From assembly GCA_036642535.1 (NCBI GenBank), contig JAVXTS010000005.1, forward strand, positions 27 to 64,026: a stretch of DNA of 64,000 nt, given 5' to 3'. This document shows, in pieces, positions 42,294 to 54,100 of this stretch. The DNA comes from Eubacterium sp. (GTDB taxonomy: Bacteria > Bacillota > Clostridia > Eubacteriales > Eubacteriaceae). The position numbers and the translations under genes were made by a program. Within the stretch, counting starts at the first letter, position 1, and each line of letters starts with the position of its first letter. A model generated the notes under the pieces. That model searched no databases. It had not been told where the DNA came from and saw nothing but the letters and a program-made list of their open reading frames with translations.

Positions 42294-42642
42294 TGTTTAG
42301 TAATGCCCCCTTAAGTCCTTTCTCATATAAAATGCCACAGGCTTCAAATAAATTATGATTTGTTGTCATAATCAATACATCAATATCATTGGCCATTTCA
42401 AGTAAATCACTGCCTGGTATTTTATTTCTTACAAAAACAATACTGTGCATATTTGCCATATCCACCGTGTTAAAAACTTGTTTATTAACAAGTCCTGTTA
42501 ATAACACACCGTTTTCTTTGGCATACCGAAGAACATCACTCATGAGATCACACCCACAGGCCACAAAAACGTCATCATTCAAATGACTTTCTCCGGTTAA
42601 AATCCGTGCATCTAGTAAATCTCTGACTTCACTTAACTTCAT
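42283..42642 (-). CDS. DRTGG-domain protein
   Basis: Motifs CGCDLMSDVL, LLTGL, IVFVRNK and FEACGILY. Confidence 0.78.
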   Translation of the reverse strand: MKLSEVRDLLDARILTGESHLNDDVFVACGCDLMSDVLRYAKENGVLLTGLVNKQVFNTVDMANMHSIVFVRNKIPGSDLLEMANDIDVLIMTTNHNLFEACGILYEKGLKGALLNNEL

Positions 42643-42669
42643 ATTTTTCTCCCTTAAATATAAAATATT

Positions 42670-45054
42670 TTATAATATTATGCCACTATAAGGTAATTCA
42701 TTTTGATCTAAAATACGCTTTTCATCTCCACTACAGGTGAACAAAAGAACTTGGCGACCGGCGCTTAAATTACACAAAAATCGTACAACTTCTGTTTTAC
42801 GTAAAAAATCATATTGCACAAAGGGATCATCCAACACAAATGGCAATATTTTATCAAAACTCAACATATTACCAACACCAAATCGCAAAGCAAAATAAAT
42901 TTGATCGATCGTTCCACCACTCAACTGATTAATACTGATGAGTTCACCATTTTCCGGATTAACCACTTTTATCTGTAACTGATCATCAATTTTTACTTCT
43001 TTATATTTTTTCGTAATATCTTGTAAAACCTGACCTATTTTTTTATTTAAAACAGGTGCGGAATCATAATGGGTTTCTTTGGATAAACGGCTGAAAATCT
43101 CCATTGCCATATCACAAGCATTAATATCTTCTTCATATTCGGAAATTTGAATTTTAAGTGTTTCTATTTTTTCTTTGATCTCTACCGGATTATCCACACT
43201 GTTCACCAAAAGATGATTTTCACCTTGTAATCTAGAAACTTCTTGATTAAATGCCATTAATGCATCCCGCGCATGTATTTTTTTACCACCATCGACTACC
43301 ATCAAGACAGGATTATCACTTTCTTTTTCATCCTGATTAACTTTGATCAAATCACCGCCGGACAGTTCATCATACAGACGATGATTTGCAGTAAGTTCAG
43401 CTTTTACTTTTTCAATTTCATTGCATTTCTGGCATCCTTCATTATATTCATCGACTGTTTCTATTCCGACACTATTTAATTCTTCACAAAGATCTTTTTC
43501 ACAACTTTGTTTATCTTTTTCAATACCGGATAATTCTTTCTTTTTTTCTTCTAATTGACCGAATAAAATACTTTTTTCGATATCCAATTTATCTAAACGA
43601 TTAAAAATTTCTTCTGCCTTAAAAACAAACATTTCATATTCTTCAGTTGTTTCTTTTCCATATTTCTGCAAAATAGAATCAACTGCTGTCAATAATTCCG
43701 CTGACTCTTCAAATTTTGTTACTTTTGGCGACATTGGCATCTTTATTTTATAAATCATCAATGCCGCTGCGCCTAAACCAATAAACCATCCCACAAAACT
43801 CACAAAAATCATAACGACCTTTGGTAAAAGACCACCTGGATTTGTTATCGTACCCAAAACAATAATCGCACCGATAACCATCAGTAAAATAAGCAGACCA
43901 TTCGATATACGATTTAATCTGAAAATCTCAGATTGAATCACCTCTTGTTCTTTATGAATGGCATCCGGATGATCTCGTGTATACTCATATTTTTGGTAAT
44001 CACTTTGAATTTCTTTACGACTAAGATTTTTAAGACGGTCTTTAATTCGATCACATCGTAAATTTACATCTTGATGTTTCTTTTTTAGCTCTTCAATTTC
44101 CGTTATTAATCCTTTGATACGTTCTGCCGCACCTTCTGCATTATTTTGTAGGATTTTTAAACGTCCATAAACCCGCATATCAAAAATTTCGTACTTTTCC
44201 AGTTTTTTCAGACGTTCTTCCAATTCTTTACCTTCAGATTGGATAACATCAACCTTCTTTTTCATGTTTTGCAATTCTTGTTTTGTTTTTTCTTGAGATT
44301 TTTCATCAATATTCTGACATTTATTTTGAGCGAAAACAATTTTTCTCTTATACTGCTGTATTCTTTTATGATTTTTTTGAATGACGTTATAAACTTGTTC
44401 ACTTTCTATAAGCTCTTTTTCCAAATTTTCAAGTTCGCGCACCGCCAGACCATAATTCGATTTTCGTTGCCCATAGTTGCCGATGGCTTTCTTTTTATTA
44501 GACAAATATCCCATCACTCGATTAAGCGATACTTCTTCACGTTGCTCAGTATTTAAATCCATTAAGCGGTCATTAACTTCTCTTGCAAGTTCTTCATCAG
44601 ATTCTCCCGCCATTTGCTTAATGTTAACCGTATTATTATAGATGATTGAATTTATCTTCATTTCTCCCAAGGGTAAACTTTGACGTGTTACATTATCATA
44701 CTTATATAACGATGTAATATTTTCACCGGTTACATTGTCATAAATTGTAACACCATCTTGTTTTTTCAAAAAATCTCGTTCAATTCTGATTTCCTTACCT
44801 GAATCATCTTCAATAATCATTGATCCACAGTAAGAATCACTATTCCAAGGTTTAAAACGTTGATATTCATTAGAATATGTTCTTTTTTTTCGATAAGGTT
44901 TATAAAATCCGAAAAACATTCCTTCAATAAAATGTTGAACCGTTGATTTTCCTGTTTCATTATCACCATAAATTAAATTTAACCCATTATCAACTTCAAT
45001 AATTCGATCTTTAAATTTACCAAAAGAAGTTAGAATCAGCGTTTTTATTATCAT
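42670..45054 (-). CDS. YhaN-like SMC/Rad50-family ATPase with a central membrane hairpin
   Basis: FGKF, Walker A GDNETGKST, coiled coils, LSGGT and Walker B LPFVLDDPF. Confidence 0.85.
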   Translation of the reverse strand: MIIKTLILTSFGKFKDRIIEVDNGLNLIYGDNETGKSTVQHFIEGMFFGFYKPYRKKRTYSNEYQRFKPWNSDSYCGSMIIEDDSGKEIRIERDFLKKQDGVTIYDNVTGENITSLYKYDNVTRQSLPLGEMKINSIIYNNTVNIKQMAGESDEELAREVNDRLMDLNTEQREEVSLNRVMGYLSNKKKAIGNYGQRKSNYGLAVRELENLEKELIESEQVYNVIQKNHKRIQQYKRKIVFAQNKCQNIDEKSQEKTKQELQNMKKKVDVIQSEGKELEERLKKLEKYEIFDMRVYGRLKILQNNAEGAAERIKGLITEIEELKKKHQDVNLRCDRIKDRLKNLSRKEIQSDYQKYEYTRDHPDAIHKEQEVIQSEIFRLNRISNGLLILLMVIGAIIVLGTITNPGGLLPKVVMIFVSFVGWFIGLGAAALMIYKIKMPMSPKVTKFEESAELLTAVDSILQKYGKETTEEYEMFVFKAEEIFNRLDKLDIEKSILFGQLEEKKKELSGIEKDKQSCEKDLCEELNSVGIETVDEYNEGCQKCNEIEKVKAELTANHRLYDELSGGDLIKVNQDEKESDNPVLMVVDGGKKIHARDALMAFNQEVSRLQGENHLLVNSVDNPVEIKEKIETLKIQISEYEEDINACDMAMEIFSRLSKETHYDSAPVLNKKIGQVLQDITKKYKEVKIDDQLQIKVVNPENGELISINQLSGGTIDQIYFALRFGVGNMLSFDKILPFVLDDPFVQYDFLRKTEVVRFLCNLSAGRQVLLFTCSGDEKRILDQNELPYSGIIL

Positions 45055-46142
45055 ATAATTACCTTTTCTTTTAAAATACCTTCTAATCCGTAGTACAATG
45101 CCTTTTTAGAAACATTTCCTTCGGTTTCCAGAAGGATCTCCTGTATAAACTTTCCAATAATATTATTACGATTTTCTTTAAGTAATAGATCAATATCCAA
45201 ATCAATATCCAATTTTTCATCATTTACTTCAAGATAATAAAAAGCATTCTGAAGTTCTTCTTTGAGCCATTCAACTGAGACATCCTGATCTCTGTACCCT
45301 TTAAGTGTAATGCGGTAATAATTGATCATTCTATTTTCTTCTGAATCGCAACTTAAAACAAGATCTTTAATGTTATCTAATGTCATATCTGGTGTTATTT
45401 CAATTTCTAAATTAAAATAACGACGTTTTTCAATCGGCACAAAAGCACTGGTACAATTATGATCTTTTATTTTCCCAACAATCACACCATGCTCTCCGTC
45501 CTCGCCAAAACTAAGACCTTCCGGACTACCACAATACGCTACCGTTTCAGACAAGTACTCCTGTTTATGGATATGCCCTAATGCAATATAATCAAAACCC
45601 ACTAATTGAGAAAGATTAATAGGCATATAATCTGATTGTGCGTTATACGCATCCCCATGGAGCATTAAAATATTATTACAATCCGGATTTACCCCTATAT
45701 TTGTTGAAAAAGGCATTTCACTGTAATTTTTTTTAATCCAGGACATACCGTAAACTTCAGTTTCTAAATCTTTAAAATAAACAGATTCTAATTTCCCACG
45801 TTTAAACAAAGTTACATTTTCAGGCCAATCAACCAAGCCATAAAGAGCTACACTGCTGTAACAATCATGATTACCCGCACTGATAACAACATGCGTTTTG
45901 GATAGTTTACCAAGTTTTTCAGCTACACGTCCAATTTCCATCATATCAACTTCATCAGAGTCAAAAAGATCGCCACTGATAAGCAGTAAATCAATTTGAT
46001 TTTTTTCTGCTGTATTTAATATTTTTTCAAACGTTTCCCATAAATCCAATCTTTTATTCTTTCCATATATATCACCCCGGCAATTGAAGTGAAATTGCCG
46101 TCCCATGTGCAGATCTCCCGTATGTATGAAAGATACTTTCAT
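45051..46142 (-). CDS. YhaO/SbcD-like DNA repair metallophosphoesterase
   Basis: Motifs HTGDLH, SGDLFD, GNHD, ALGHIH and YCGSPE. Confidence 0.88.
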   Translation of the reverse strand: MKVSFIHTGDLHMGRQFHFNCRGDIYGKNKRLDLWETFEKILNTAEKNQIDLLLISGDLFDSDEVDMMEIGRVAEKLGKLSKTHVVISAGNHDCYSSVALYGLVDWPENVTLFKRGKLESVYFKDLETEVYGMSWIKKNYSEMPFSTNIGVNPDCNNILMLHGDAYNAQSDYMPINLSQLVGFDYIALGHIHKQEYLSETVAYCGSPEGLSFGEDGEHGVIVGKIKDHNCTSAFVPIEKRRYFNLEIEITPDMTLDNIKDLVLSCDSEENRMINYYRITLKGYRDQDVSVEWLKEELQNAFYYLEVNDEKLDIDLDIDLLLKENRNNIIGKFIQEILLETEGNVSKKALYYGLEGILKEKVII

Positions 46143-46404
46143 CTTAAAGTTGCCTCCAATGCGAATATTTGTTCTTAAATTATACCATGCAAAACTAGAA
46201 TTGAAAATGAAAAAGTTCAAAATAACATTATTTTAATTTTCTATTTCGATTTTAAGGTCTTTTCATTAAAATTATAATCAAAAAAAACAACACTACTACT
46301 TAATTTAATAGATATAATGTTATAATAGTTTATAAGCTTATTTCATGTACATGCTACAAATACTATTTTATAATCAAAATTTATTCACTTACAAGGAGTA
46401 TATA

Positions 46405-47544
46405 ATGCAATATAGACAATTTAAAAATACTGACATTTACCTTTCACAATTAGGTTTCGGGACAATGCGACTTCCTATTAAATATAACAATGAAAAACTC
46501 ATTGATGAAACCCTAGCCTGTGATTGCTTGCAAACCGCCATTGATGCCGGCGTCAATTATATTGATACAGCTTGGCCCTATCATAAACAAGCCAGTGAAC
46601 CCTTTGTCGGTGAATTTTTAAAACGAACCGGACAACGTAATAAAATATATCTTGCCTCAAAACTACCTTGCTGGCAATGTCATAAAACAGAAGATTTTGA
46701 ATTTTATCTTGATGAGCAACTCAAACGCCTTCAAACCGATCATATTGATTTTTATCTTCTTCATGCTTTGGATGCTTACCGGTTTTCAAAAATTCAAGAG
46801 CTCGGTATCACCAATTTTTTAGATCATGCTAAACGTTCAGGTAAAATACGTTACGCCGGCTTTTCTTTTCATGACCAACAAAGCGCCTTTGAACCTATTT
46901 TAAATGCTTATCCTTTTGATTTTGTTCAAATTCAATTGAATTATATGGATGAAAATTTTCAGGCCGGATTAAACGGGATGCAAATAGCCTATCAGAAAGG
47001 ATGTGCTGTCATGATTATGGAGCCTTTACGTGGCGGACAATTGGCGGCAAAACCACGAGGTGATTTAAAAAAGCAATGGGATCTTTTTAATACATCACTC
47101 ACACCTCCTGCCCTTGGATTTAAATATCTGTATAATATGCCGGAAATCACTTGTGTCCTCAGTGGAATGGCTTCTATGAAGCAAGTAAACGAAAATATAG
47201 AAATTGCTGATATTTACGGTATCTCAAACCTCAGTAAACATGAAATCAAAATGATTACTCAACTTCAGGATTTCTATCGTAACTGCACTAAAATCAACTG
47301 TACTGGCTGTCGTTATTGTACTGAATGTCCCAAAATTATTCCCATACCCACTATTTTTAAATATTATAATGAAGCCTTTATGTACGATGATGCTGAAACA
47401 TCACGTAAAAAATATCGAACAAATATTAAAAATAAATTTAAAGCGGATCGATGTATCGACTGCGGTCAATGTGAAGAACACTGTCCTCAAAATTTAAAAA
47501 TTAGAACTGCTTTAAAAGAGGCTCATTTATTTTTAATGCAATAG
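46405..47544 (+). CDS. Aldo/keto reductase with C-terminal 4Fe-4S domain
   Basis: Motifs LGFGTMRLP, YIDTAWPY, MEPLRGG, CTGCRYC and CIDCGQCEEHCP. Confidence 0.88.
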   Translation: MQYRQFKNTDIYLSQLGFGTMRLPIKYNNEKLIDETLACDCLQTAIDAGVNYIDTAWPYHKQASEPFVGEFLKRTGQRNKIYLASKLPCWQCHKTEDFEFYLDEQLKRLQTDHIDFYLLHALDAYRFSKIQELGITNFLDHAKRSGKIRYAGFSFHDQQSAFEPILNAYPFDFVQIQLNYMDENFQAGLNGMQIAYQKGCAVMIMEPLRGGQLAAKPRGDLKKQWDLFNTSLTPPALGFKYLYNMPEITCVLSGMASMKQVNENIEIADIYGISNLSKHEIKMITQLQDFYRNCTKINCTGCRYCTECPKIIPIPTIFKYYNEAFMYDDAETSRKKYRTNIKNKFKADRCIDCGQCEEHCPQNLKIRTALKEAHLFLMQ

Positions 47545-47569
47545 TTTTGATTTTACAATCATTTCTAGT

Positions 47570-50500
47570 TTAAAATATTTCAATAACTTCATCCATTGTT
47601 ACTAAACAAAGTAACTTTTCTTTGACTGATATTCCGGTCAAATCCTCTAACGCTTTTGCATAAAATTGGATCTGATCGGTATATCGTTCAACAATTTTCT
47701 TTTTTCCTTCTTCATTGTAATAACGATCTGTTTTATAATCAAGAATAATCCATTTTTCACTCTCTAGAAAATAACAGTCAATCATCCCTTGTACAACCAA
47801 TGGCACCTCTAAATCATGCCATTCCTCCCTTACGCTTCCAGGCTCTACACTATAATTAAAAGGAACTTCACGTTTTATAAGTGATGCGTTTAAAAGTCTT
47901 TTTCCAATATCTGATACTATAAAACGACAAATATGATCAAGATTAATGGTTTCTGCCAATTGGGGTAATAATAATTGAGCATTGATTAGTCGCTCCCGTT
48001 CTGATTCAAGAATTTTCAGCAGTGCTTCATTTTCTTTTTTCGCAGCTCGTATTTTATCAAGATTTAAATTTTGCATCATAAAATGAAGTGCTGTTCCACG
48101 CTCTGCAGGGGTATAATTTATTGCATTTGCTTGTAAAAATGGTGGCGTTGTAATTCGTTCAGGAACTTCGATTTTTTTACTTCCATCCGATGAAAATTGA
48201 TTAATCTCTGTAACCGTCATTTTACCGGGCAATTTATCTTGACGGTCAATTGGATAAATGAATCCCAATCGATGGTTGATTTTCTGATTAAAATCGATGT
48301 TATCATCACGTTCTTCAGTAATAAAATCTTCATCTAAATAGTCTATACTCTTTTGCATCTGGCTTTCTTCTGCTTTATAAAAATAAATATCAAAATATGG
48401 TGATTCCATATGTCCGCGTCGTTCTTCTTTGTTGATGATTGGCATTTGCTTATCACACAAAACCAACATGATCCAATCTAAAATTCCTGTTGCTTTTTTT
48501 AATTGGTAAAGACTGGCGCCATTGCTCCATTTTTTAAATTTATTTTCCGTATCTTTAACGGTTCCAACAATAATCAATTGTTCACAGGCACGGGTCATCG
48601 CAACATAAAGAAGACGCATTTCTTCCGAAAGCATTTCCATTTCATTTCGTCTGCTACAAGTACTCTGTGCCAATGTCGATGTTCTAGCTCTCAGTGTAAG
48701 GTCAACAAATTCCGGACAAATTCCCAATTTTTTATGAAATAAGACTCTCCCTGTATTTCCCTGTTTATTAAATTTTTTACCTACACCGGAAAAAAACACA
48801 ATCGGAAATTCCAATCCTTTACTTTTATGAACTGTCATAATTCGAACGACATTTTCCTGTTCGCTTAATATACTTGGCGGCGATGTATCATAACGATGTT
48901 TTTTCATACGATCAATAAATTTCACAAAATAGAAAAGTCCCTTGAGTGTAGACCGTTTATAATCTCCTGCTCGTTTTAATAAAACACGGAGATTACTTTT
49001 CCGCTGTTCTCCACCCGGTAATGCTCCTACAAAATAGTAATATCCGGTATCCAAATAAAGTTTCCATAAAAAATCTTCTATGTCCATTGTTTTAGACGCA
49101 TTGCGCCATACATCAAGATGCCCATAGAACGTTTTAAGTTTTTGAGCTAACTTATCTTGACATCCATCACGATATTTTTCAACAGCATGATAGTAAGATC
49201 CTTCTTTGCAAAACAAACGAATTTCCGTACATTCCTCAATTGAAAAATTTTCAATTGGTGAAGTCATTACACTTAAAAGAGGTATATCTTGATGTCTGTT
49301 ATCAATCAGTGTCAATAAATTCATAATAACCGTCATTTCTAAAGATTCGTAATAATGATCACCTCCATCAAAATACGCTGGAATCCCCTGTTCGCTAAAA
49401 ATTTTAGCATAAATATCACCTCTGCCGGCAACCGAACGCATCAGTAACCCGATATCTCGATATTCTACGGTTCTGGTTGTTCCAGATTTTGTATCAAACA
49501 GTTCTGTTCCTACTTTATTTTGGATTTCCCGGGCAATAAAATGCGCTTCTATCTCCACTGCACTCATTTCACTCACTGACAAATCACTATCATCACAGCT
49601 ACTATCCTCTATAATATGTAATTCTGTTTTTTTATAATCTCCATTTTGGGATAATCCCTTATAAAGACGTGCTTTTGTATCATAATCGATCTCTCCAAGT
49701 TCAGGCTGCATAATTTTTTCAAAAATAGTATTTACACCGTCAATAACCCCTGTACAACTTCTAAAATTCTGACTTAACGTAATTAATTCATTACAAAGAT
49801 CTTCTTCTTTTTCAAAAGCAAGGTACTTTCCAATGAAAATAGTTGGATCCGCTAATCGAAAACGGTAAATACTTTGTTTCACATCGCCTACCATAAAATA
49901 ATTATCCTTACGTACAATCTGTTGAATAATCGCTTCTTGCATATCATTTGTATCTTGATATTCATCCAGAAAAATATGTGCGTATTGCTCTCTTACCTCA
50001 TCAGCTACTGTTTTATTCTTTAATATACGAAGGGTTATCTGTTCTAAATCATTGAAATCCAACAAATTTTTAGCATCTTTTTTTTCCTGAAATTTTTCCT
50101 CAAAAGCATTTGTTAGTTCAATTAGATCAATCATTGGTTGCTTCATTTTTTGAATTTTTTCCAAAGCTGATTCTAGATTATTGCCGTATTCTTTTTTTAA
50201 ATTCTGTATAATTGATTTTGCTTCATTCCTTAAATCTTTTACGGCATCGCTGGTTTCTCGATCAACTTTTGTTGCCCCTTTATAACGCAAAAAATCCATT
50301 GTAGACATTGTTTTCGTAAACATGTCATAGTCCGTTTCAATTGCTTCTAACATCAATTCTACTGTTTGATATTCACCATTCACTTGTTCTGCTGTTTTCT
50401 CAAATCCATCATAATCGGCGCACAATTCATATGCTTTTTTAAGCAATGTCGCTGCTCCTTCAATGTCCGTTTTAATCAGTTTTTTAAGTTCAATACCCCA

Positions 50501-51133
50501 TGGATTTTTCCAAAACGTATTACTATCCGAATCAAAATAAGAAAGAACTGTATTGCACCATATTTTCGGTTCCGGCTGTGTTACTAAAAATCGATGAAAA
50601 CGTTCAACCAGTTCTTTCAATTCACGATCATTTCTGTTGCCGGTAAACATCTCTACCAAGATAGAAAAAGCCGTCATTCCATCTTTTGGGATAACACAAT
50701 AGCGTTCTTCAAAAAGTTCATCCAACGCTTCTTGAATCATGATTGAGCGTTCAGTTTCATTACACATTGTAAATTCAGGATCAATTCCACCAATTTGAAA
50801 ATAATCACGTGCTATTGTTGCACAGAAAGAATGAAGAGTAGAAATTGATGCACTTCCCAAATGATTGAGCTGATCAAGGATAAAATCTGAATCAACTTCT
50901 TCTTTTTCAAGTTCATTCATAAGTGCTTTACTCAATCTCTCTTTCATTTCTGCTGCGGCCGCTCTTGTAAAAGTTAATACCAGTAAATGACCTACTGGTA
51001 TTCTTTCTTCCACAACCATACGTCGGATACGTTCAATCAGTAGCGCTGTTTTTCCTGATCCTGCGGCAGCTGATACCAAAAGATTTTTATTGCGTATTGT
51101 AATTGCCGCCAGTTGGTCTTTAGTCCACTGCAT
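47570..51133 (-). CDS. addA: ATP-dependent helicase/nuclease subunit A
   Basis: Motifs AAAGSGKT, DEYQD, GDVKQSIYRFR, HKSKGLEF, YVAMTRA and nuclease GMID...DYKT. Confidence 0.95.
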   Translation of the reverse strand: MQWTKDQLAAITIRNKNLLVSAAAGSGKTALLIERIRRMVVEERIPVGHLLVLTFTRAAAAEMKERLSKALMNELEKEEVDSDFILDQLNHLGSASISTLHSFCATIARDYFQIGGIDPEFTMCNETERSIMIQEALDELFEERYCVIPKDGMTAFSILVEMFTGNRNDRELKELVERFHRFLVTQPEPKIWCNTVLSYFDSDSNTFWKNPWGIELKKLIKTDIEGAATLLKKAYELCADYDGFEKTAEQVNGEYQTVELMLEAIETDYDMFTKTMSTMDFLRYKGATKVDRETSDAVKDLRNEAKSIIQNLKKEYGNNLESALEKIQKMKQPMIDLIELTNAFEEKFQEKKDAKNLLDFNDLEQITLRILKNKTVADEVREQYAHIFLDEYQDTNDMQEAIIQQIVRKDNYFMVGDVKQSIYRFRLADPTIFIGKYLAFEKEEDLCNELITLSQNFRSCTGVIDGVNTIFEKIMQPELGEIDYDTKARLYKGLSQNGDYKKTELHIIEDSSCDDSDLSVSEMSAVEIEAHFIAREIQNKVGTELFDTKSGTTRTVEYRDIGLLMRSVAGRGDIYAKIFSEQGIPAYFDGGDHYYESLEMTVIMNLLTLIDNRHQDIPLLSVMTSPIENFSIEECTEIRLFCKEGSYYHAVEKYRDGCQDKLAQKLKTFYGHLDVWRNASKTMDIEDFLWKLYLDTGYYYFVGALPGGEQRKSNLRVLLKRAGDYKRSTLKGLFYFVKFIDRMKKHRYDTSPPSILSEQENVVRIMTVHKSKGLEFPIVFFSGVGKKFNKQGNTGRVLFHKKLGICPEFVDLTLRARTSTLAQSTCSRRNEMEMLSEEMRLLYVAMTRACEQLIIVGTVKDTENKFKKWSNGASLYQLKKATGILDWIMLVLCDKQMPIINKEERRGHMESPYFDIYFYKAEESQMQKSIDYLDEDFITEERDDNIDFNQKINHRLGFIYPIDRQDKLPGKMTVTEINQFSSDGSKKIEVPERITTPPFLQANAINYTPAERGTALHFMMQNLNLDKIRAAKKENEALLKILESERERLINAQLLLPQLAETINLDHICRFIVSDIGKRLLNASLIKREVPFNYSVEPGSVREEWHDLEVPLVVQGMIDCYFLESEKWIILDYKTDRYYNEEGKKKIVERYTDQIQFYAKALEDLTGISVKEKLLCLVTMDEVIEIF

Positions 51134-54100
51134 GATTGCCACCTTCTTTCTTGATTTTTTCAAAGAGTTCTTTCTTTGTAATGGTCTTCTTCAATACATC
51201 GTAAGACGCTTTTCCAATACTGAGATCAAATTGACAAATTCCATTATACTCACAATAAGTACAACCTGTTTCATCTCCCTTTTTATAGGGCTTAATCGCA
51301 ACATCTCCATCTAAAATTTTCTCGCTCATTTCAACAATAATTTTTTTCACATAATCTAGTAATTCATCAAATTCTTCCCTCGACATTTTTGAATTTTTAG
51401 AAGACATACTGATAACGGTCGGTACTGCCTCTGATTCTTGATCCATCGCTTCTGTAAAACGAGGATCATCGAGATAAATACCGTTCAATTTAAAAGAATC
51501 ATTCACTGCTTTTGTCAAAACTTCAGGTTCTAAACGATCTACTTTTAATAACGGATCATCCACATGAAAATAAAAAGTACCACCGGGTATCAAATGATCC
51601 CCTTCTAAAATTGTCAGACCTGCTTCCATATATATCAAGAGTTGAAGTGACAATCCGTAATATATTTCTGTCAAATTTAATTTTTTATTTCCAGATTTAT
51701 AATCAATGACTTTAACAAAAGTGTCTCCATCTTTTTCATAAATATCTACACGATCGATTACACCTTTTATTTTTACACTATCATTAAAATTCGGTAATTT
51801 TAAAACTTGATTAAATACTTGCTCACTGTACTTAAAATCAAAACTTCCCTTACGCATATGCTCAGCAAGTACTTGCATCGTTCGTTTACTGATACGGTTT
51901 ATTTTTCGTCCTAAATATTGATTTTGACCGGTATTACTAAAGATCCGGTTGCGAAATGGTGGTAATATTTCTGCTAAAATTTCATCAACCATATTATCAC
52001 GTTGGACATCCTTCAGCTCTTCAATCGGTATTTTTATTTCTTCTGCCCGCTTATAAAATTGTTCGATAAGATGATGCAACACCGTACCAATATCCGGTGC
52101 CTCCACGGTATATTCTTGTCTTGGCATCGGTTTAAGTCCATATTGTACAAAATGAGCATAAGGACATTGTCTATACCGTTCTAATCGAGAAACACTGGCC
52201 TGGATAGGCGGTTTAAACAGTTTTATAGCCTGACCTCTTCCGAGTTTATCTGCTACTCCTTCATAATTAAGCGCTTCTTTTATTTTTATATAAGTCTGCC
52301 TATATTTAAGATCCCTCTCATACCAGTTTCCAACAGATTGCCATATCTTTTTTTCATTTGCATTCACTACTTTTTTTCCATACCGGATTTCTCTTAAATA
52401 ATCGGTCAATTTTCCTAATGTTCCCGGTGCATTGGTCACCTGCTCCCAGGTATTTTCAATGGTTGTATCTAGTGCACTTTTGACTTTCAATTTTGGAAAT
52501 ACATTTTTCAACCGTCCTAAAAGAGTTGAAATTCCTAATGTATTGCCTTCCATATCTGCCATAGAAAAAGAAATATAGAGATTTTTTTCCGGACTGGTTA
52601 ATAAATTATAAAGCGTAAATTCTTCCTGTTCCTGATGAAAATGACTGCTATTTTGCAAACCCATTTCTTTTTCATTCAGACGATCTCTCTCACGCTCCGA
52701 TAATAAATTAAAACTCTGATGATTTTTCGGAATAACGCCTTCATTCAGACCAAATACAAATAGCACTTTTATACGATTACTACGACTTCTCAATAAATCA
52801 ATAACGTTGACAACATCTCTATGATTAGGAATAACGCCAATTGTATAAGAATGAAATCCACTCTTTAAAATAGCAATATAATCCTCGAGTGTTACTTCTT
52901 CATCTCCCATCGTTCGGACAATTTGGTCAAACACTTCCATTAATATATTCCATATCTGATTATAAAAGCTCATCGTTTCATAATTTTCTTCCAACCGCAA
53001 CCGTTCAATAAATATATCAATTGATTCTTGTACATTGATCGATTCCAGAAAATTAAATAAAGCCTTTGTCTTTGTCTCATAAGTTTTAGATTTTTTAAGC
53101 TCTTTTTTAAAGATTATAAACGGTGTAATCACTTTTTCACGACTAATATTGATTTTTTTTAGATCTAATGCTTCATTCTGGCTTACTTTATCAAACGTTT
53201 TTTCCCAGGCACTGCCTCTAATACCAAATTCAATCGTATAATTCTCCAAATCCTCACTTTCATCTTCCGAAATTAGTGAAAATCCGGTTTTAATAAACGA
53301 AAAAACATCCTCATAAGTATAATGATGCTGTACTATTTCTAGAGCTGCAATCACAGCTTCTAAAAAATTATTTTCAGTCACACGCTTCACATCATCCATA
53401 AAAAAAGGAATGTCATATTCTGCAAAGACACGTTTAATCAAACTGCCATACATATCAATATCACCGGCTAAAATCACAATATCCTGATACCGCAATCCCT
53501 TATCCCGAACAAGCGTTACTATTTTTTGTGCTCCTTTTTCTACTTCTTCCCAGAGATTTTTACACTGAACGACTTCTATATCCGTTGGTTCTTTTTGACA
53601 CGCTTTTGGCTGATAGGAAAAAAGATTTTTTTCCAGATATTCTAATCCGGTTTGTACCGTTTTTTGATGATCAAAACGATTGATTTTAAAGGTACATCCT
53701 ATATTTTTCGAAATAGTCTGCATCCGTTTAAGCGTCAAATTAGTTACTGCAAATGCAGATGCATCTGGTGCGTATTCATCAATATCGCAGGTTAAAACCA
53801 TGGTTAATTTTTCAACTTTTGCCGCCAATGCTTCAATAATTTTAAAATTCAAATTTGAGAACGTATGAAATCCTGTTAACCAAAGTTTTGCTCCTTCAAG
53901 ATAATGTGATTCTAATATTTTTTCACAGAACAACAAAGAACGGTCATCGCTGTCCATACAATCTTTCCCCATTTGATCCTCAAATTGTCTATAAATCATC
54001 AAAATATCTTTTAGTTTTTGTCCAAGTAACCGCCCATCACCTACTTCTCCCACCGTATTTTCAAGACTTTCCGATGTAATATCACTTTGTTTCAATTCAC

